A stretch of DNA of 64,000 nt from Eledone cirrhosa (Eukaryota), in the NCBI GenBank assembly GCA_964016885.1, contig OZ024742.1, forward strand, positions 87,668,001 to 87,732,000, read 5' to 3'. The translations under genes were made by a program, and so were the position numbers. The notes beneath the pieces were generated by a model, which did no database searches, was not told the origin of the DNA, and saw nothing but the letters and a program-made list of their open reading frames with translations. Of the stretch, positions 12,970 through 25,600 are shown piece by piece; the first letter of the stretch is position 1, and the number at the start of each line of letters is the position of its first letter.

Positions 12970-13900
12970 GTTGTGATATTTCGTTTAGCTCAGTTCTGTC
13001 ATTGTTAATGCATTGACTTAGGGAAATACATATTTTCATTGTCGAGAGCGAACACGGTTGAGAATGTGTGCTGTTACTACTAGCCCAAACTTCTGTAGCT
13101 CATATTTGCAGGGATGGACGCTAAGGTGCAGGTCTGATGATTTAGGATAGTGTTTGATTGCAATCTTCAACATGTGGTTGATTGCTATTTGTAGCCCTTT
13201 GTATTTTGACAGTTTTCAATGATTTTTAACGTTATATTCAGCTGAGCTGATTCGGGAAATATTTCTAAGGCTATATGTCCGATCTGTTTTGTTTTATTTG
13301 ATGATCTCGTTTGACAGCAATTTTTTGGTCGGTTATCAAATGCATATCTCACAAGGCAGATATGTTTATTTTTCCATCACAGTCTTTAATAGAAGTTTAT
13401 GCCATTTGTCAGAAGTTTGAATGCCATGAGAGCGGCAGAGCATCCAGTCCACACATTTTACAATGCGTTTGAATCTTACTATATGGTCAGGTATTTCCAG
13501 ATCTGGACACCCTCAGATAACAAAATATAGCGTTTATTTATGTGTGTTGCATATTGGGCATAGATGGTTAATCCCATCATTCACTAATCTGTGTCTATAT
13601 GCCCGAGTGTTTCGAGATTGGTCTTCCGCATTCTCTCATTTCAAACAAGCATTTTTCAGCCAGGATAGTGAACAATGTTTATCGATAACATAGTCAGATT
13701 TACTTCTGGGAATCTACCATGTAGTGGTTTTTCCTTCCATTCACGTTTTAGAGTCTCTTTTTTTTTTGAGTTTCTTTGTTTTAATCTTCACAGACATAGT
13801 TACAGATATATACATGTGCAGCACTCTGTTCTTGATTTTCCCTGGGTATTTCTTGTTCCATGTTCAGGTTGTTACCTATATGTGCTTGCCTCTTTTGTTA
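12970..13900 (-). mobile_element. Old R4/Dong-like (RLE-type) LINE 3' remnant; partial duplicate at ~6490-6911
   Basis: Decayed zinc-knuckle region (GCPDL) and LWDM..TD motif on the minus strand. Confidence 0.55.
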
Positions 13901-14210
13901 TTGAGAGAGCCGAGCATGTCCCGATAGAATGGGGCAGATCTGAGAATGGACCTGTAGATTGGAGGTGGAAAAATTGGGAGAAGACACTTTCTCTAGTGGT
14001 CAGTGTCACCATGGCTTTTTTAATAGGCTTTCTCCAAGAGTGACCATCGTAGGACTTCCCACTATGAGCGAATATTCCTTTGTTTCATGTGTTTGTTAAA
14101 TATGTAGTATTTGTTCTTAAAGGCAAAACACGCCCTTTTGTACCGTCCTGTGCTGTCGTTAATGTTATACTTTGTGTCAACCCTTGTGATTAATAAAGAA
14201 AACATTATTA
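13900..14210 (+). mobile_element. 3' end fragment of a Tx1-like LINE
   Basis: Similar to 20470-20764; ends AATAAAGAAAAC(ATT)n. Confidence 0.7.
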
Positions 14211-14239
14211 TGATGATTATAATTATTCTTCTTTGAGTC

Positions 14240-15435
14240 TCACTCATTGATGGTATTTAACTCGAAAGTTTGTTGGAATGAATTTCAAGCCACTCCCTGA
14301 AGCGTCATACATTCAGGACGTATCGGAGGGTTCTTGCTATTCACAGCAAGCATGTATTTTGAAGTTTTCCAAAAAGTGAGACTGGACTAACTTTCTTTAA
14401 CCATCCTTGGAAACTCTTTGAGATAGTACCCAGTGCACCTATGATAATCGGGACGATCTCCATTTCATGGCAGTTGCAAATCATTTTTATCACCAACTTA
14501 AAGTCCTGGTATCGGTTAATTTTCTCCCTCTCCTTTTTTTAAACTCTCGTGTCCAATGGGCAGGCTACATCTACAATCAGGCACGATCTGTTTTCCTTGT
14601 CCAAAATCACCAGGTGAGGCCTATTGTGTTCTAATTTCTTGTTAATCTGTATCCTAAAATCCCATAGCACATTCACCTGATCGTTTTCTATCACTGACTT
14701 ATGCGCATACCACTTCGCAGAATGTAGTAAATTGTTTACCGCATTGTTTACCACAGTGGATCACCCTGCCTATCACATCATGTCTTCAGCCTTTATAGTG
14801 AGTCAGGGCTAGGTGTTTACACTCAAATACAATGTGAGCCACATTCTGCTCTCTTTATCCACATATCCTACACAGTGAGCTAGCCAGTTCCTTGTCAATA
14901 TGGTGTTTCACCCACTTCGTTCTGAGTGCTTGCTCTTGCGCAGCCATTAGCATTCCTTCTGTCGCTTCCTGAAGGTCTCCTGTTTTTAACCAGTTCTATG
15001 TCTGTGGATCTCTAAATTCCGTTTTCTTAAAGGATGTGCTATGAAGGGATTTATCAAGAAGTTCGCTCTTCCACGTTGTTATTTCCACTTTGGATATTCC
15101 CTGGTCTATTGTCTTCTCTACTCTCAGCCACATATTTGTGCAGGTTGTTTTCCCCCGTCTGAACCCTGTCCTCTATACTGATAAGAGCTCTTCCACCTTC
15201 AGATCTCTTTAAGTAGAGTCTATCAACATCCCTCCTCTTGCAGATAGTCATTAGCTTCCTAGTCTTCCTATCCATTTAGTTTTGTTCAGCAACATTCCAT
15301 TTCAGAATTCCCGCACTGTACCTAATAATAGACACAGCTTGGGAATTTACTGGACTTACGACGTTCCTCCTATTTAGATGTGATTTTAATATGTTCCTTA
15401 TTCTCCTTAAGTATTTAGATCTTATCAATTCCATC
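14240..15435 (-). mobile_element. R4/Dong-like non-LTR element remnant (post-RT region + RLE endonuclease)
   Basis: DRKTRKLMT..DVDRLYLKRSEGGR, VLWDFRIQ..EHNRP..IVDVACP, VPIIIGALG. Confidence 0.8.
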
Positions 15436-15436
15436 A

Positions 15437-15477
<41 letters not shown>

Positions 15478-15479
15478 GA

Positions 15480-16170
15480 ATGCCATGGTTGACGGAGGCT
15501 CGGCTCTGTAAGGTATAGTAAATTTTAACCGCTATAACAATTGTACATTGTTTAAAACTTTAACCAAATAGTAGAAAAAAACACCCTCCTCCTCGTGAGA
15601 GGGGTCTTTCTGCCCGTTATTTGACCTTTCGCGGTGAAATAACCGCTTATTGGGGTTTTGTGCCCAATATTTATTTTAAACCCCCCAAAACATGGCTACA
15701 AAAAAGAATTTTCACAAGTCACTCCCACCCATTCCGTCTTCTTCTTCCTCAATCGTCACTACACCAGAGAGAAGATTGTCTCTCCCCCTCCCTTCTCTTT
15801 TTCGCAAGCGACGCCAGTAAAGAAAAAGAAAAATATAGTTTCTGATAATTTCCAAGATCACGTGCAAAACGTGGAACATTTCTCCACGACGACGACAACG
15901 GCGAAAAAGGTGTGCGGTAAATACGGAAACCCATTTCATTCGTCTGACGTCATGAATAATGGAAGTAGCAGCTGTAATAACAGCCGCAGCAGCAACAGTG
16001 ACAAGGAAAACAACTGTAGCAGCCGCAACAGCATCAACAGCAGCATAAACAACAACAGAATTAGCAGCAACAGCAACGACAACCCCAGCAACAGCGGCGG
16101 CGGCAGTACAGCGGCGGCGGCAGTCGTAGTACCAGCAGCAACAACAACAGTAACAGCAGCTCTGACAATG

Positions 16171-16201
<31 letters not shown>

Positions 16202-19200
16202 AGAAAAACCAGTATTGTTTGCAGGTATCGCAAAGAACCTGGAAACCATCCTTATAACAAATGAGGAATTACAGGAAGCAAAGAAGATGGTGACGAAAAC
16301 CAGAGACCGATCAATCTGCAAGGCAGCCGAAACATTTTTCGAAACCCAACAGTAAGCACAAAATCCCGTACGGTTGAAAGAGCCACAGAGGATCAAATAC
16401 AAAAAGCCTTAGGGTCTGTGTGGCAGCGGTAAACGCATATCACCCGAGGCAAGAAATATGCCACCGTGGACGTGCTTTTTGCCACACCCCAGGAAGCAAA
16501 GGCTCAATCCTTAGTGACACTAAGGAGCGGGGAAATGATGTTGGTGCCCTCCTACTGCGGACAAAAAATTGTGAGGGTCAAACTGACACACGTCCACCCC
16601 CGGGAAGGCCCCTTCTTGGCTGGCCGCATCTGTCCTCGTTGGAATCAATGACAAAACAACTGTACTGCAAGTACAGAAAAAAGTACGAGAAGATTGGGTC
16701 GGCACCTCCATTGAGATGTTAATCCAAACCAACAAGGATTGCATCGAAGCTATCCCGGATGTGATAGACTTCGATAACGGCACTCAACTGCCCATAAGTC
16801 ATGAGGGCAAACGCCCGAAATGCTTTCGCTGTGGATCTAAGCCTCGCCTGAGGGCCTTCTGCAATGAGAAGACCCTGAGAAAGGAGAAAAACCCCTTCCT
16901 TCCGAAACCGGCTCCACTGCTACCAGCAACAGGACAAGCGGAAACCAGGAAGGATAGGTCCGTGACACCCATAACCACCCCACGGAAATCAAGAACAGCA
17001 GCAGCAGTGGAAGTATTAGCAACAACAACAGCAATACCAACTGGAGCTGCAACAGAGACTCCACTACAAACATCACTAACAAAAACAAGTGAAAGAGTGG
17101 AGCGAGTACCCATCCCCGACCTCACAGAATCGGACATGGAGTGTGAGGTGGGAGAGGGATGGCAAAAGGTCGCAAGAAGGTACACATGCAGAAGCAGCGC
17201 ATCGTCGCCTTCGAAAAGGGAGGAAAGAAACGAAAAAAGTGTAAAGGTTACTGCAAAAAGACTTACAGCAGCAACACCACGAACACCATCACCACCCACA
17301 CTAGCATCACTATCACCACCGGCGGCAACCCCACCGCCATCAACAACAACAACAACACCTTCAACACCACCACCACAAACACAAATATCGCAAATAAAAC
17401 AAAACACACACACCCAGCAACAACGACTAGAAAATAGCAGAACCACACCGCAGCCCAGAAAAACGAATGCACAGCAATAAATACACACAACAAGAAACTA
17501 ATGACTTACATATTTGAACACATACATTTCACAACACGACTACATAATACCAACACCAATCAAAACACCAACGGACATAAGACTGGTAAAAATAGCACAG
17601 AAACAATACAGAAACATTAAAATAAAATTCCCAAAGCAGTTGGTGATTTCAGAGACCTAGGAGGGACACTCATCCGGAGGGTATATTCGGATATACTCAC
17701 AGAAGAGCCGACCACCAGCCGAAGGGACAATTCAACAGTCCCTTCCCCATACGATCAAGTGAAAAGGGATGGAGAAACCATCCATGCTCAGCGAGAAGTA
17801 AGGTAAGTGGTCTTTCCCATCTTTTCCACTCCATTTCAACATGACCTCACTCAGAAAAGGCAGCATAAATGCGCGTGGCTTGGGGTCGTCATGGAAGCAG
17901 GGGCACCTGCTCAACGACCTCAGGTCACTAAACATAGATGTAGTGGACATCAGCGAGACCTGATTTCTTCCGGCGTCTGGAGTCCTTTCTAGGAACGTCC
18001 CGCTCTTTAGTGTTAGTGGGCGACTGGAACAGGATCATAGATGCACGCTGGGACTCTGTGGGATTAGCGGATAGGGGAGGAGGGTGCAAGAGCCTCACCA
18101 ACCTGCTCTAGGATTTTGAACTGTCTGACAGGTACCGATTTGATTTCCCGAATGTGCCAATGTGGACTTGGACAAATCGCATAGGGTCATCCAGATCATA
18201 TCTAGATAGAGTTGTTTGTAGGCAAATAGATAGGTCTAGCATAAGATGTCCACAATTCAAGATAGTCAGCTACACGGACCACAGATTTGTGATCTGTGTG
18301 CTTGACTTAGATAGGCTTCATAGACGAGGACCCGGCTACAGGAAGCTAAACGCGTTCTTACCAGCACGCAAGGCCTACAGAGACCGGATTAGCAAACTAG
18401 TTAAGCGAGCGTTGACGGGAGCCATCGTCAACACCAAGTGGTGGTTAGCTCTGAAAAGAGGGATTAGAATAGAGTCCATTAGGTTTATAAGGCTTTAGCT
18501 ATAGAGAAAAATAGAGCAGAGGGAGAACTAGTTAGAAGATTAGACGAGGCGCTTCTCAAAGCATCGCGACCGACGTACTTGCGGCGAAATTGGCCCTTGA
18601 CCAATTCTTCAATGCAAATCACGAAGGCTGCGTTGTCAGAGCTAGGATGCGTGCTCTCAGACACGAGGGGACGAAAGCCATTCAATGGGCCCGAGTGCCG
18701 GAGGAGCATCGTGGTAACAGAGCCACTATCCTGATTTGGTGGACCACGACGGGCCCATGCTACTCGATCCCGGGCAAATGTGTGAAGCTTTTCAGCGACA
18801 CTTTGCTCAACTGTTCGGGTGCAGTGGGGAGGGATCGAGGGATGAAGTTTAGTGTCTACCTTGACGGACTGCCGCGGCTCTCGGCCACAGAGGCGGAGTG
18901 TTGCGAAAAGCCGACAACAGCCGCTGAATGACGGGAGGCAATCACTGGCTGCACAAGGGGTAAATCGCCTGGTTTGGATGGTTTGCCCTATGAACTTTAC
19001 GTACAAATGCCAGACTTGTTCGGAGGCCTCTTGGCGGATGTCTACTGCAACTGGCAAGGGAACGGGAGTCTTCCCAGCTCTGTCAGCCGAGGAGCGGTGA
19101 CGCTGCTGAGAAATGATCGGAACAAGGGGGATAACATAGATAATCTGAGGCCCATAACTCGTAGAGAGGGTAGCTAGGAAACCTGGCACGGGTGGGTCTT

Positions 19201-20764
19201 TGATCAATTTTGATATATCGAAAGCTTTCGAGAGGGTCGACCATCATTACCTAGCGGCAGTCCTGGGGGCGGCTGGCTTTGGGCCCGTCTTCAGAGGCTG
19301 AATCGCTGCCATGCACAGCGACATCTGCTCTGTGGTGAGAGTGAACGGTCACATTTCGGAACCGTTCAACATCATGTGCTCGGTCCGCCAAGGATGTCCC
19401 CTCTCGTCCCTCGTGTACGTATTGACTCTCGAGCCATTACTGAACAAATTGGAGACATTGAGGGGCGTTCCGTGCGAACTAGTATGCGGAAGATCCGTGT
19501 TAGCATATGCGGACGATGTCACCGTAGTGGTGTCGAACGCCAAACATATCGAGGCGATCGGCACTACACTAAGAGAATACGAAGCGGTGACAGGAGCAAT
19601 GATCAGCCAGGAAAAGTCAGTGGGCCTGCAGCTCGGCACCTGGAGAGGCAGGTCCATGCCGTCCAACAGAGTCGTCAGGCGCTGCACGGACGCACCAGTT
19701 AAATTGCTAGGGGTCTGGTTCGGTCCGGACCTCCAGACGAACAAAAACTGAAACGAGCAGGGTGGCTTCTCTCAGCCAGAAATGGACGGAGAGGAAGCTA
19801 TCCCTGAAAGGTCGAGCGGATGTAGCTAACGCGTACATCGTGTCCGTCATCTACTACCGCCTGACCGTCGTACCTTGTCATAAGCCCCGTCTGACTTCGC
19901 TGGAGCGTTTGCTCTTTCTCTTTTTCTGGAAGGGACGCGCCCGATGGTCAGGTGGTCCATCTGCTGTCAACACCCGCTACGTGGAGGGCTGGGCATGCCG
20001 TGGCTGATGATGCGCAGACACGCGCTCAGGCTACGATATCTCCACCTCTTCCTCGACAGTGATCAGGTGTGGTCGCCGTTTGCTAAACACGTCTTTCCCC
20101 ACCTCGTCTCCTTGACGGAGCTGCAGTCCTGGGTCAAGCGAAGACCGAGAGGGATCGCTTGGAGACTGGAGACTTGTGGCTTTATGTCGAACAACTGCTG
20201 TCACGTGTAGGACGGATCCATATCAGCTGAGTCCATCGTGAGGATTTCACCGCCCTCTTCCTTTAGCCGGCAAGGGCAGGCAGTTTTTTTATCTGTCCGG
20301 TGGCCATGGCGAAATAGATAGTATGGTGGACACGTTTGAAAGGGCTGAAGACGAACACCTACCTCTTCCGTGATGCCCTGATTAAATTTTTCAAATTTCA
20401 TTTGAAAAGGAGAATCAGGGTAGAGAGGGAAGTGCTCTCTTCCCAGCATTTTGCTGAAAGATGGGTGAGAGATGCAAGTATGGCCCGAGTGAATGGGCCT
20501 ACTCTGAGTATGTGTCTGTAAATTAAAGGTGGAAAACTGGGAGAGGGCACTTGCCCTGGTGGTCAAGTTCACTGTGGCATTTATTGGGTTTTCTCTACAA
20601 ATGTCCCTCGGAAGTCTCCCCCCAATTGGGAAATTTTTCATTGTTATTTTTATTACATCCACTGTTTTTTTACACGCAGAAATGCCCATTTGTACCCTCC
20701 TGTAATGTCCTGTACCGTCCTTAATGTCTACTTTATTAAACCCTTGTGGTTAATAAAGAAAGCA
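15480..20764 (+). mobile_element. Near full-length decayed Tx1/L1-like LINE
   Basis: Low-complexity ORF1 (ATG 15692; knuckle CFRCGS). ORF2 from ATG 17841 with APE endonuclease (GDWN, SYLDR, TDH) and RT (KAFERVDH, QGCPLS, AYADDV). (ATT)n on both sides. Confidence 0.9.
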
Positions 20765-20787
20765 TTATTATTATTATTACTATTATT

Positions 20788-20978
20788 GGATTGGCAGTAT
20801 CGGTAGAGGGTCGGACGCCATGTTTTCCAGCATAGTTATGTCCCTTTACGATCTGAGTTCAAATCCCGCCGAGGTTGACTTTGCATTTCATTCTTACGGG
20901 GTCGATAAAATAAAGTACCAGTAATGCACTGGGTATTTGATGGCCTTGTGCCTAAAGTAGAAACAATTATTATTATTA
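20788..20978 (+). mobile_element. tRNA-derived SINE
   Basis: B box gagttcaaatcc, core ggggtcgataaaataaagtaccagt, (ATT)n tail; multiple copies in the window. Confidence 0.85.
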
Positions 20979-21760
20979 CTAGTAATAGTAGTAGTAGTTG
21001 TAGTAATTGTGATTTGATGTATCTATTTCGTTCTTTCGTAGCGATACCCAGTTTAGACAAGCCCCGCCATCGTTGGGTACATTTCTTTATAATTAGGAGT
21101 TGACTTAAGTTTTATCTTGTATTATGTTCCTGTCATATGATCCATGCCTAGTGTAACAATATCCTCTATGTTGACCACATATTTAAGTCCTGGAAGATTT
21201 TGTGGTGATATTTTATTTTTTCTATCATTATAATATGAATGCTAATATTTCTATATTTTTATACTTTGATACCAACATCATCTTAATACACATCATCCAT
21301 TACCACTAAAACTTGTTTCAGAAACAATTCGTTTCCTAGAAGACGTTAAGTGCCTAGGGTCAATATCACTCGTCTGTATATATAGATAGTTTGTTAAATT
21401 CCATAGAAAGATATTTTTGTCATTTTCTCAGGATATCGCATATGTATGTTTACACGAGTGTATTTTTTTATTTTCAAAATGCTGGCATACATTCCAATTC
21501 ACGAAACCTCACATCCATTAAGATCTTGGGTGTATTCCTTACTTACTAGGGCTAAATACAATGTAGTTATATGGGTCTTCCCACCCTCCACGAATCATAC
21601 CGTTATTTCCTATATTCTGCCTAACTGTTTGCTTTGCTCCAGGCCTTATGTTAGGGCGCTGCTTTTCCATTGCACTTATCTATTTCTCTCAGGCCTACAC
21701 ACCTACAGTTCCTATTATATAATGATTTTACAATCAGTATGACCTTTAAAGTACTATAAA

Positions 21761-22062
21761 AATAATTGTTTCTACTTTTGGCACAAGGCCAGCAATTTTA
21801 CCAGTACATTACTGGTACTTTATTTTATCGAATCGGTAAGGATGAAAGGCAAAGTTAACCTCGACTGTATTTGAACTCAGACCATAAAGGGACGTAACTA
21901 TGCTACAAAGCCTGGTGTCCAACCCTCTACTGATACTACCAATCCACCGTTCAAAGCACTATATAAATAATTGTTTCTACTTTAGGCACAAGGCCAGCAA
22001 TTACTCAGTACATTACTGGTACTTTATTTTATCGACCCCGTAAGGATGAAAGGCAAAGTTAA
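21761..22062 (-). mobile_element. SINE: full copy (21761-21950) plus tandem partial copy (21966-22062)
   Basis: Reverse complement of the SINE at 20788. Confidence 0.85.
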
Positions 22063-22519
22063 TGAAAGCATTTCGTTGTCAGATTGTTTTCGCATATACC
22101 AATTTCATCATAATTGCTATTTCATTTGGCGTCAAAATGAATATATTTTAACGTTAAGTTCCTTATTTTGGTCAGTAATAAGTATTAATAAAATATATCT
22201 AGAATATTCACCCTAAATATGTTTCGTTTGCCTAAATTTTATTGTGTCAAATTCACTGATTTGTAAATACATATACAAGTCTGAAAAAAATGATTTATGT
22301 TATATTTACGTTTACCTTTAATAACATTCTTAATTCGAATTCCATTATGTTATAATAATTTGTTATACTTTTTGTAGCAATACCTAAGCAGTTTGCATCC
22401 ACATTGTACAAATTCAACTTGTTCGTGTACAAAACGTTGTCTTCTTTCTTAAAGGTATTATTATTGACGACAGGAACTTGCACATGGAGAAGCAACTCCT
22501 TTTCATCCAACAACATAAT

Positions 22520-23285
22520 CGGGCGGTAGACGGACAGACCAATCGAACCACTCGGGGTCGGATTTGCTCCAGACCTTAAAATGTACAAAACCCTGGACGG
22601 ACTAACGCGGAGAAAAGCCACCACTATACAGAAATTGGTCGAGAGGAAGCTATCTCTGAGAGGTCATTCATCTATTACAGACTGTTCGCCATCCTTATTA
22701 TGCGCATGTTCGCACTGGAGCGTTTGCTCTTTCACTTTTTGTCGAGGTGAAGCATGGCAATGGACAGTCGGTTTATTCGCTACCTACACCTGCTAAGTAG
22801 AAGAGTGGACATGCCGTGGCTGATGATGTGCCCATATGTGATCTGTCTACGTCATGTCTAGATATTCCTCGACGGTGAAAAGGGGTGGCAACAGATTGCT
22901 TGATGCAGTTATCGACGGCGTGTCTCCTTGACGTAGCTGAACTGCTGGATCAAACGGAGACCAAGTGTGAGCACTTAAAAATTGTCTGCCTCCAATTGCT
23001 CACGGCCGTACGCCAATCTGGCGTTGCCTTCGGGGGAAACTCCGCAAGAGCTTTTTTGGGGAGACCCGAGGGGTCGACGAAAATCCACATGCCAAGATAG
23101 GACACTTTCACTGCCGGTCTTGCTTATTGCGGCTGCTTGTGGGCTTATTCCATGGTTATATATTAGTTATATTTTTAAAAGAATTTCTCTCCCACAAAAA
23201 GATCCACAATTGAACTTGTTGTGCCGTACTTAATCTCCTCCTAATATAATCGCTGCGTGGGTAATAAAGACTATTCTACTATTGT
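22520..23285 (+). mobile_element. Old Tx1-like 3' fragment
   Basis: ERKLSLRG and MPWLMM motifs shared with 19760-20100; ends AATAAAG plus an ATT-like tail. Confidence 0.7.
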
Positions 23286-23299
23286 TAATTATTTGATAT

Positions 23300-23890
23300 C
23301 TCACTCATTGTTATTTAACTGCACAATTTGACCGAATGAACCCGCTACCTGCAGCCGATATTCAGGATGAATCGGAGCGACATTTATGTTCCCAGTAGGT
23401 ATGCCTTCTGGAGTATTCGAAAAATGGGGGCTAGGTTAATGTTATTTAACTAGCCATGGAGATACTACCTAGAGTGTCGATGCCGCTGAGGATGACCTTG
23501 ATCACACGGAAATGATCAGTTCCCATATGAGAGCATTGTGATTAATTTTCTCTTTTTCCATTTTTTGCGCACTTGTGTCTAAGGGAAAACCTTCATCTAA
23601 AATCAAGCAAGATCTTTTTTCGTTGCTGTAAATACGGACCGTATTAACACTTACATTCAACTCATTCTCGCTCTTTCGGAAGAGTTGTATATCGTCCTTC
23701 AAGAGAAGCTGGTTCATGGTAATATCTCCCCTTTCCAGTTCATGTCATGCCTTCATTCTTTGCAATAGGTCGGACACCCTTAGAAGGGTAAGGACAAACT
23801 ATAGAGGGAGTAGTTATCTCAATGCAAGAGGTCCTTTTTGATTTTCACACATCCCACGTATTCTCCCTATGATGTTATTTCTGTCACCTA
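23300..23890 (-). mobile_element. Fragmented R4/Dong-like LINE
   Basis: NQLLLKDDIQLF (RT) joined to RSCLILD..PLDT (RLE); 3' end similar to 14240-14400. Confidence 0.6.
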
Positions 23891-23909
23891 GGTATTCATG
23901 GTATTATTG

Positions 23910-24102
23910 ACGGTGGACCATCAGTATCGGTAGAGGTTCAATGCCATGCTTTGCAACATAGGTTTACGGCTCTGCGTTGTCTGAGTTCGAATCCCGCCGG
24001 GGTTCACTTTGGCTTTCATCATTACGGGGTCGATAAAATAAAGTACCAGAAATTCACTGGGATTATTGCTGGCCTTGTGCCAAAAGCAGAAACAATTATT
24101 AT
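23910..24102 (+). mobile_element. tRNA-derived SINE
   Basis: Same family as 20788. Confidence 0.85.
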
Positions 24103-24120
24103 AATCTTGTTTGACTTACT

Positions 24121-24174
<54 letters not shown>

Positions 24175-24826
24175 CATGATAGATAGATAAATAGATAGAT
24201 ATATGTGTGTGTTTGAGTCAGTGTATATATGTGTGTATATATGTATGTGTGCGTATTTATGTATGTGTGGGTGTGTGTCTGTATGTATCGGTGTAAATGT
24301 GTGTACCGTGGTTATTACAATTATAGGTGACAGATAATCAAGAAGCATGATGCTGTCCAGAGACAATTTGAACAAATTCCATTTCAGCAGCGGTATTCAA
24401 ACAAATGATCTTCAGTTAAATTGGACTACTTACATATTGAATATTATATGATTAAAACAAAGTACCTTTATCGGGTAATTTAGTATACTATAAGACCGAA
24501 ATTTCAGTTGTGGTCAATCATTTTAAGCAGGCCCATTTGGAACAACGATTCATTTATGCTTGATATTTGACGCAGGTCTCTGGATTCTCAGCTCTAATCC
24601 TAACGAAATCCTATTTTATTTGAATCCTTTCGTATTGTGAAAAATGTCCATTTATATTCGTATATTGATGAAGGCTAAAATAAATAAGTAGTGTACACCG
24701 AAGTGGAGTTTAAATAGTCATTTTAATAGGGCTGAATTGTGAGTTTTGTTGGTTTGGTTGCAGACTGATTATTTAAATATTGTAACGTTGTTCTTAAAAG
24801 GTTTTTATACGTTTCAATAAACAAAA

Positions 24827-24968
24827 CTCATTATTTCTGAAGACGGCGGGTAGAGAAGACGTTATGTATATTTTCGTACTTTCATAATTTGTAATATATT
24901 TTATATATATCACCAATAGAATGAACATACGGAGAACTACCACGCAGACACGCGCGTAAAATAATGAG
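24827..24968 (+). ncRNA. HHR with ~100-nt helix II domain (family C); GAAA mutated to GACA
   Basis: CTCATTATTT-CTGAAGA-..GCGGGTAG...CTACCACGC.-GACA-C(GCGC)G-TA-AAATAATGAG; perfect 10-bp helix I. The host element continues to ~25180. Confidence 0.65.
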
Positions 24969-25174
24969 GTTTACTATCAATTACCCGTATTTTGCTTAAT
25001 TTCATTGTTTTCACTATTTGTATTATTTTGACTCTGCGTCCATTGAATTATATCGTTGAAATTTTGTACTTTAAGCTTTGCTTCACGACATCTTCTACAT
25101 ACGGATTACATTGAGTTCTTCATACGGCTTGGACCCTACCATTAATTGTTGGATGTATCTGTATATACAGATTT

Positions 25175-25479
<305 letters not shown>

Positions 25480-25557
25480 TACATATATATATCTATATAT
25501 ATATAATCAGACACATATATATATCTATATATATATAATCAGACACATATATATATC

Positions 25558-25600
<43 letters not shown>

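Larger units (their letters stand above)
4577..13412. repeat. Tandem duplication of a ~1.55-kb unit (copy 1 ~4577-6911; copy 2 ~6912-7147 + 12132-13412)
   Basis: The copies are collinear and near-identical once the RTE insertion (copy 1) and the Gypsy insertion (copy 2) are removed. Confidence 0.9.

Noticed and set aside
15658-16402. Asn/Ser/Thr-rich and poly-Cys ORFs as host genes (also 29465-29963)
   Set aside because: They lie in the low-complexity N-terminal part of Tx1 ORF1 or its antisense.
20788-20880. SINE heads as true tRNA genes
   Set aside because: No complete cloverleaf; they continue into a shared SINE body and (ATT)n tail.
21060-21740. Possible very old PLE endonuclease remnants (also 25700-26900 and 36130-37070)
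   Set aside because: Only vague motif resemblance, with no alignable frame by eye; needs a profile search.
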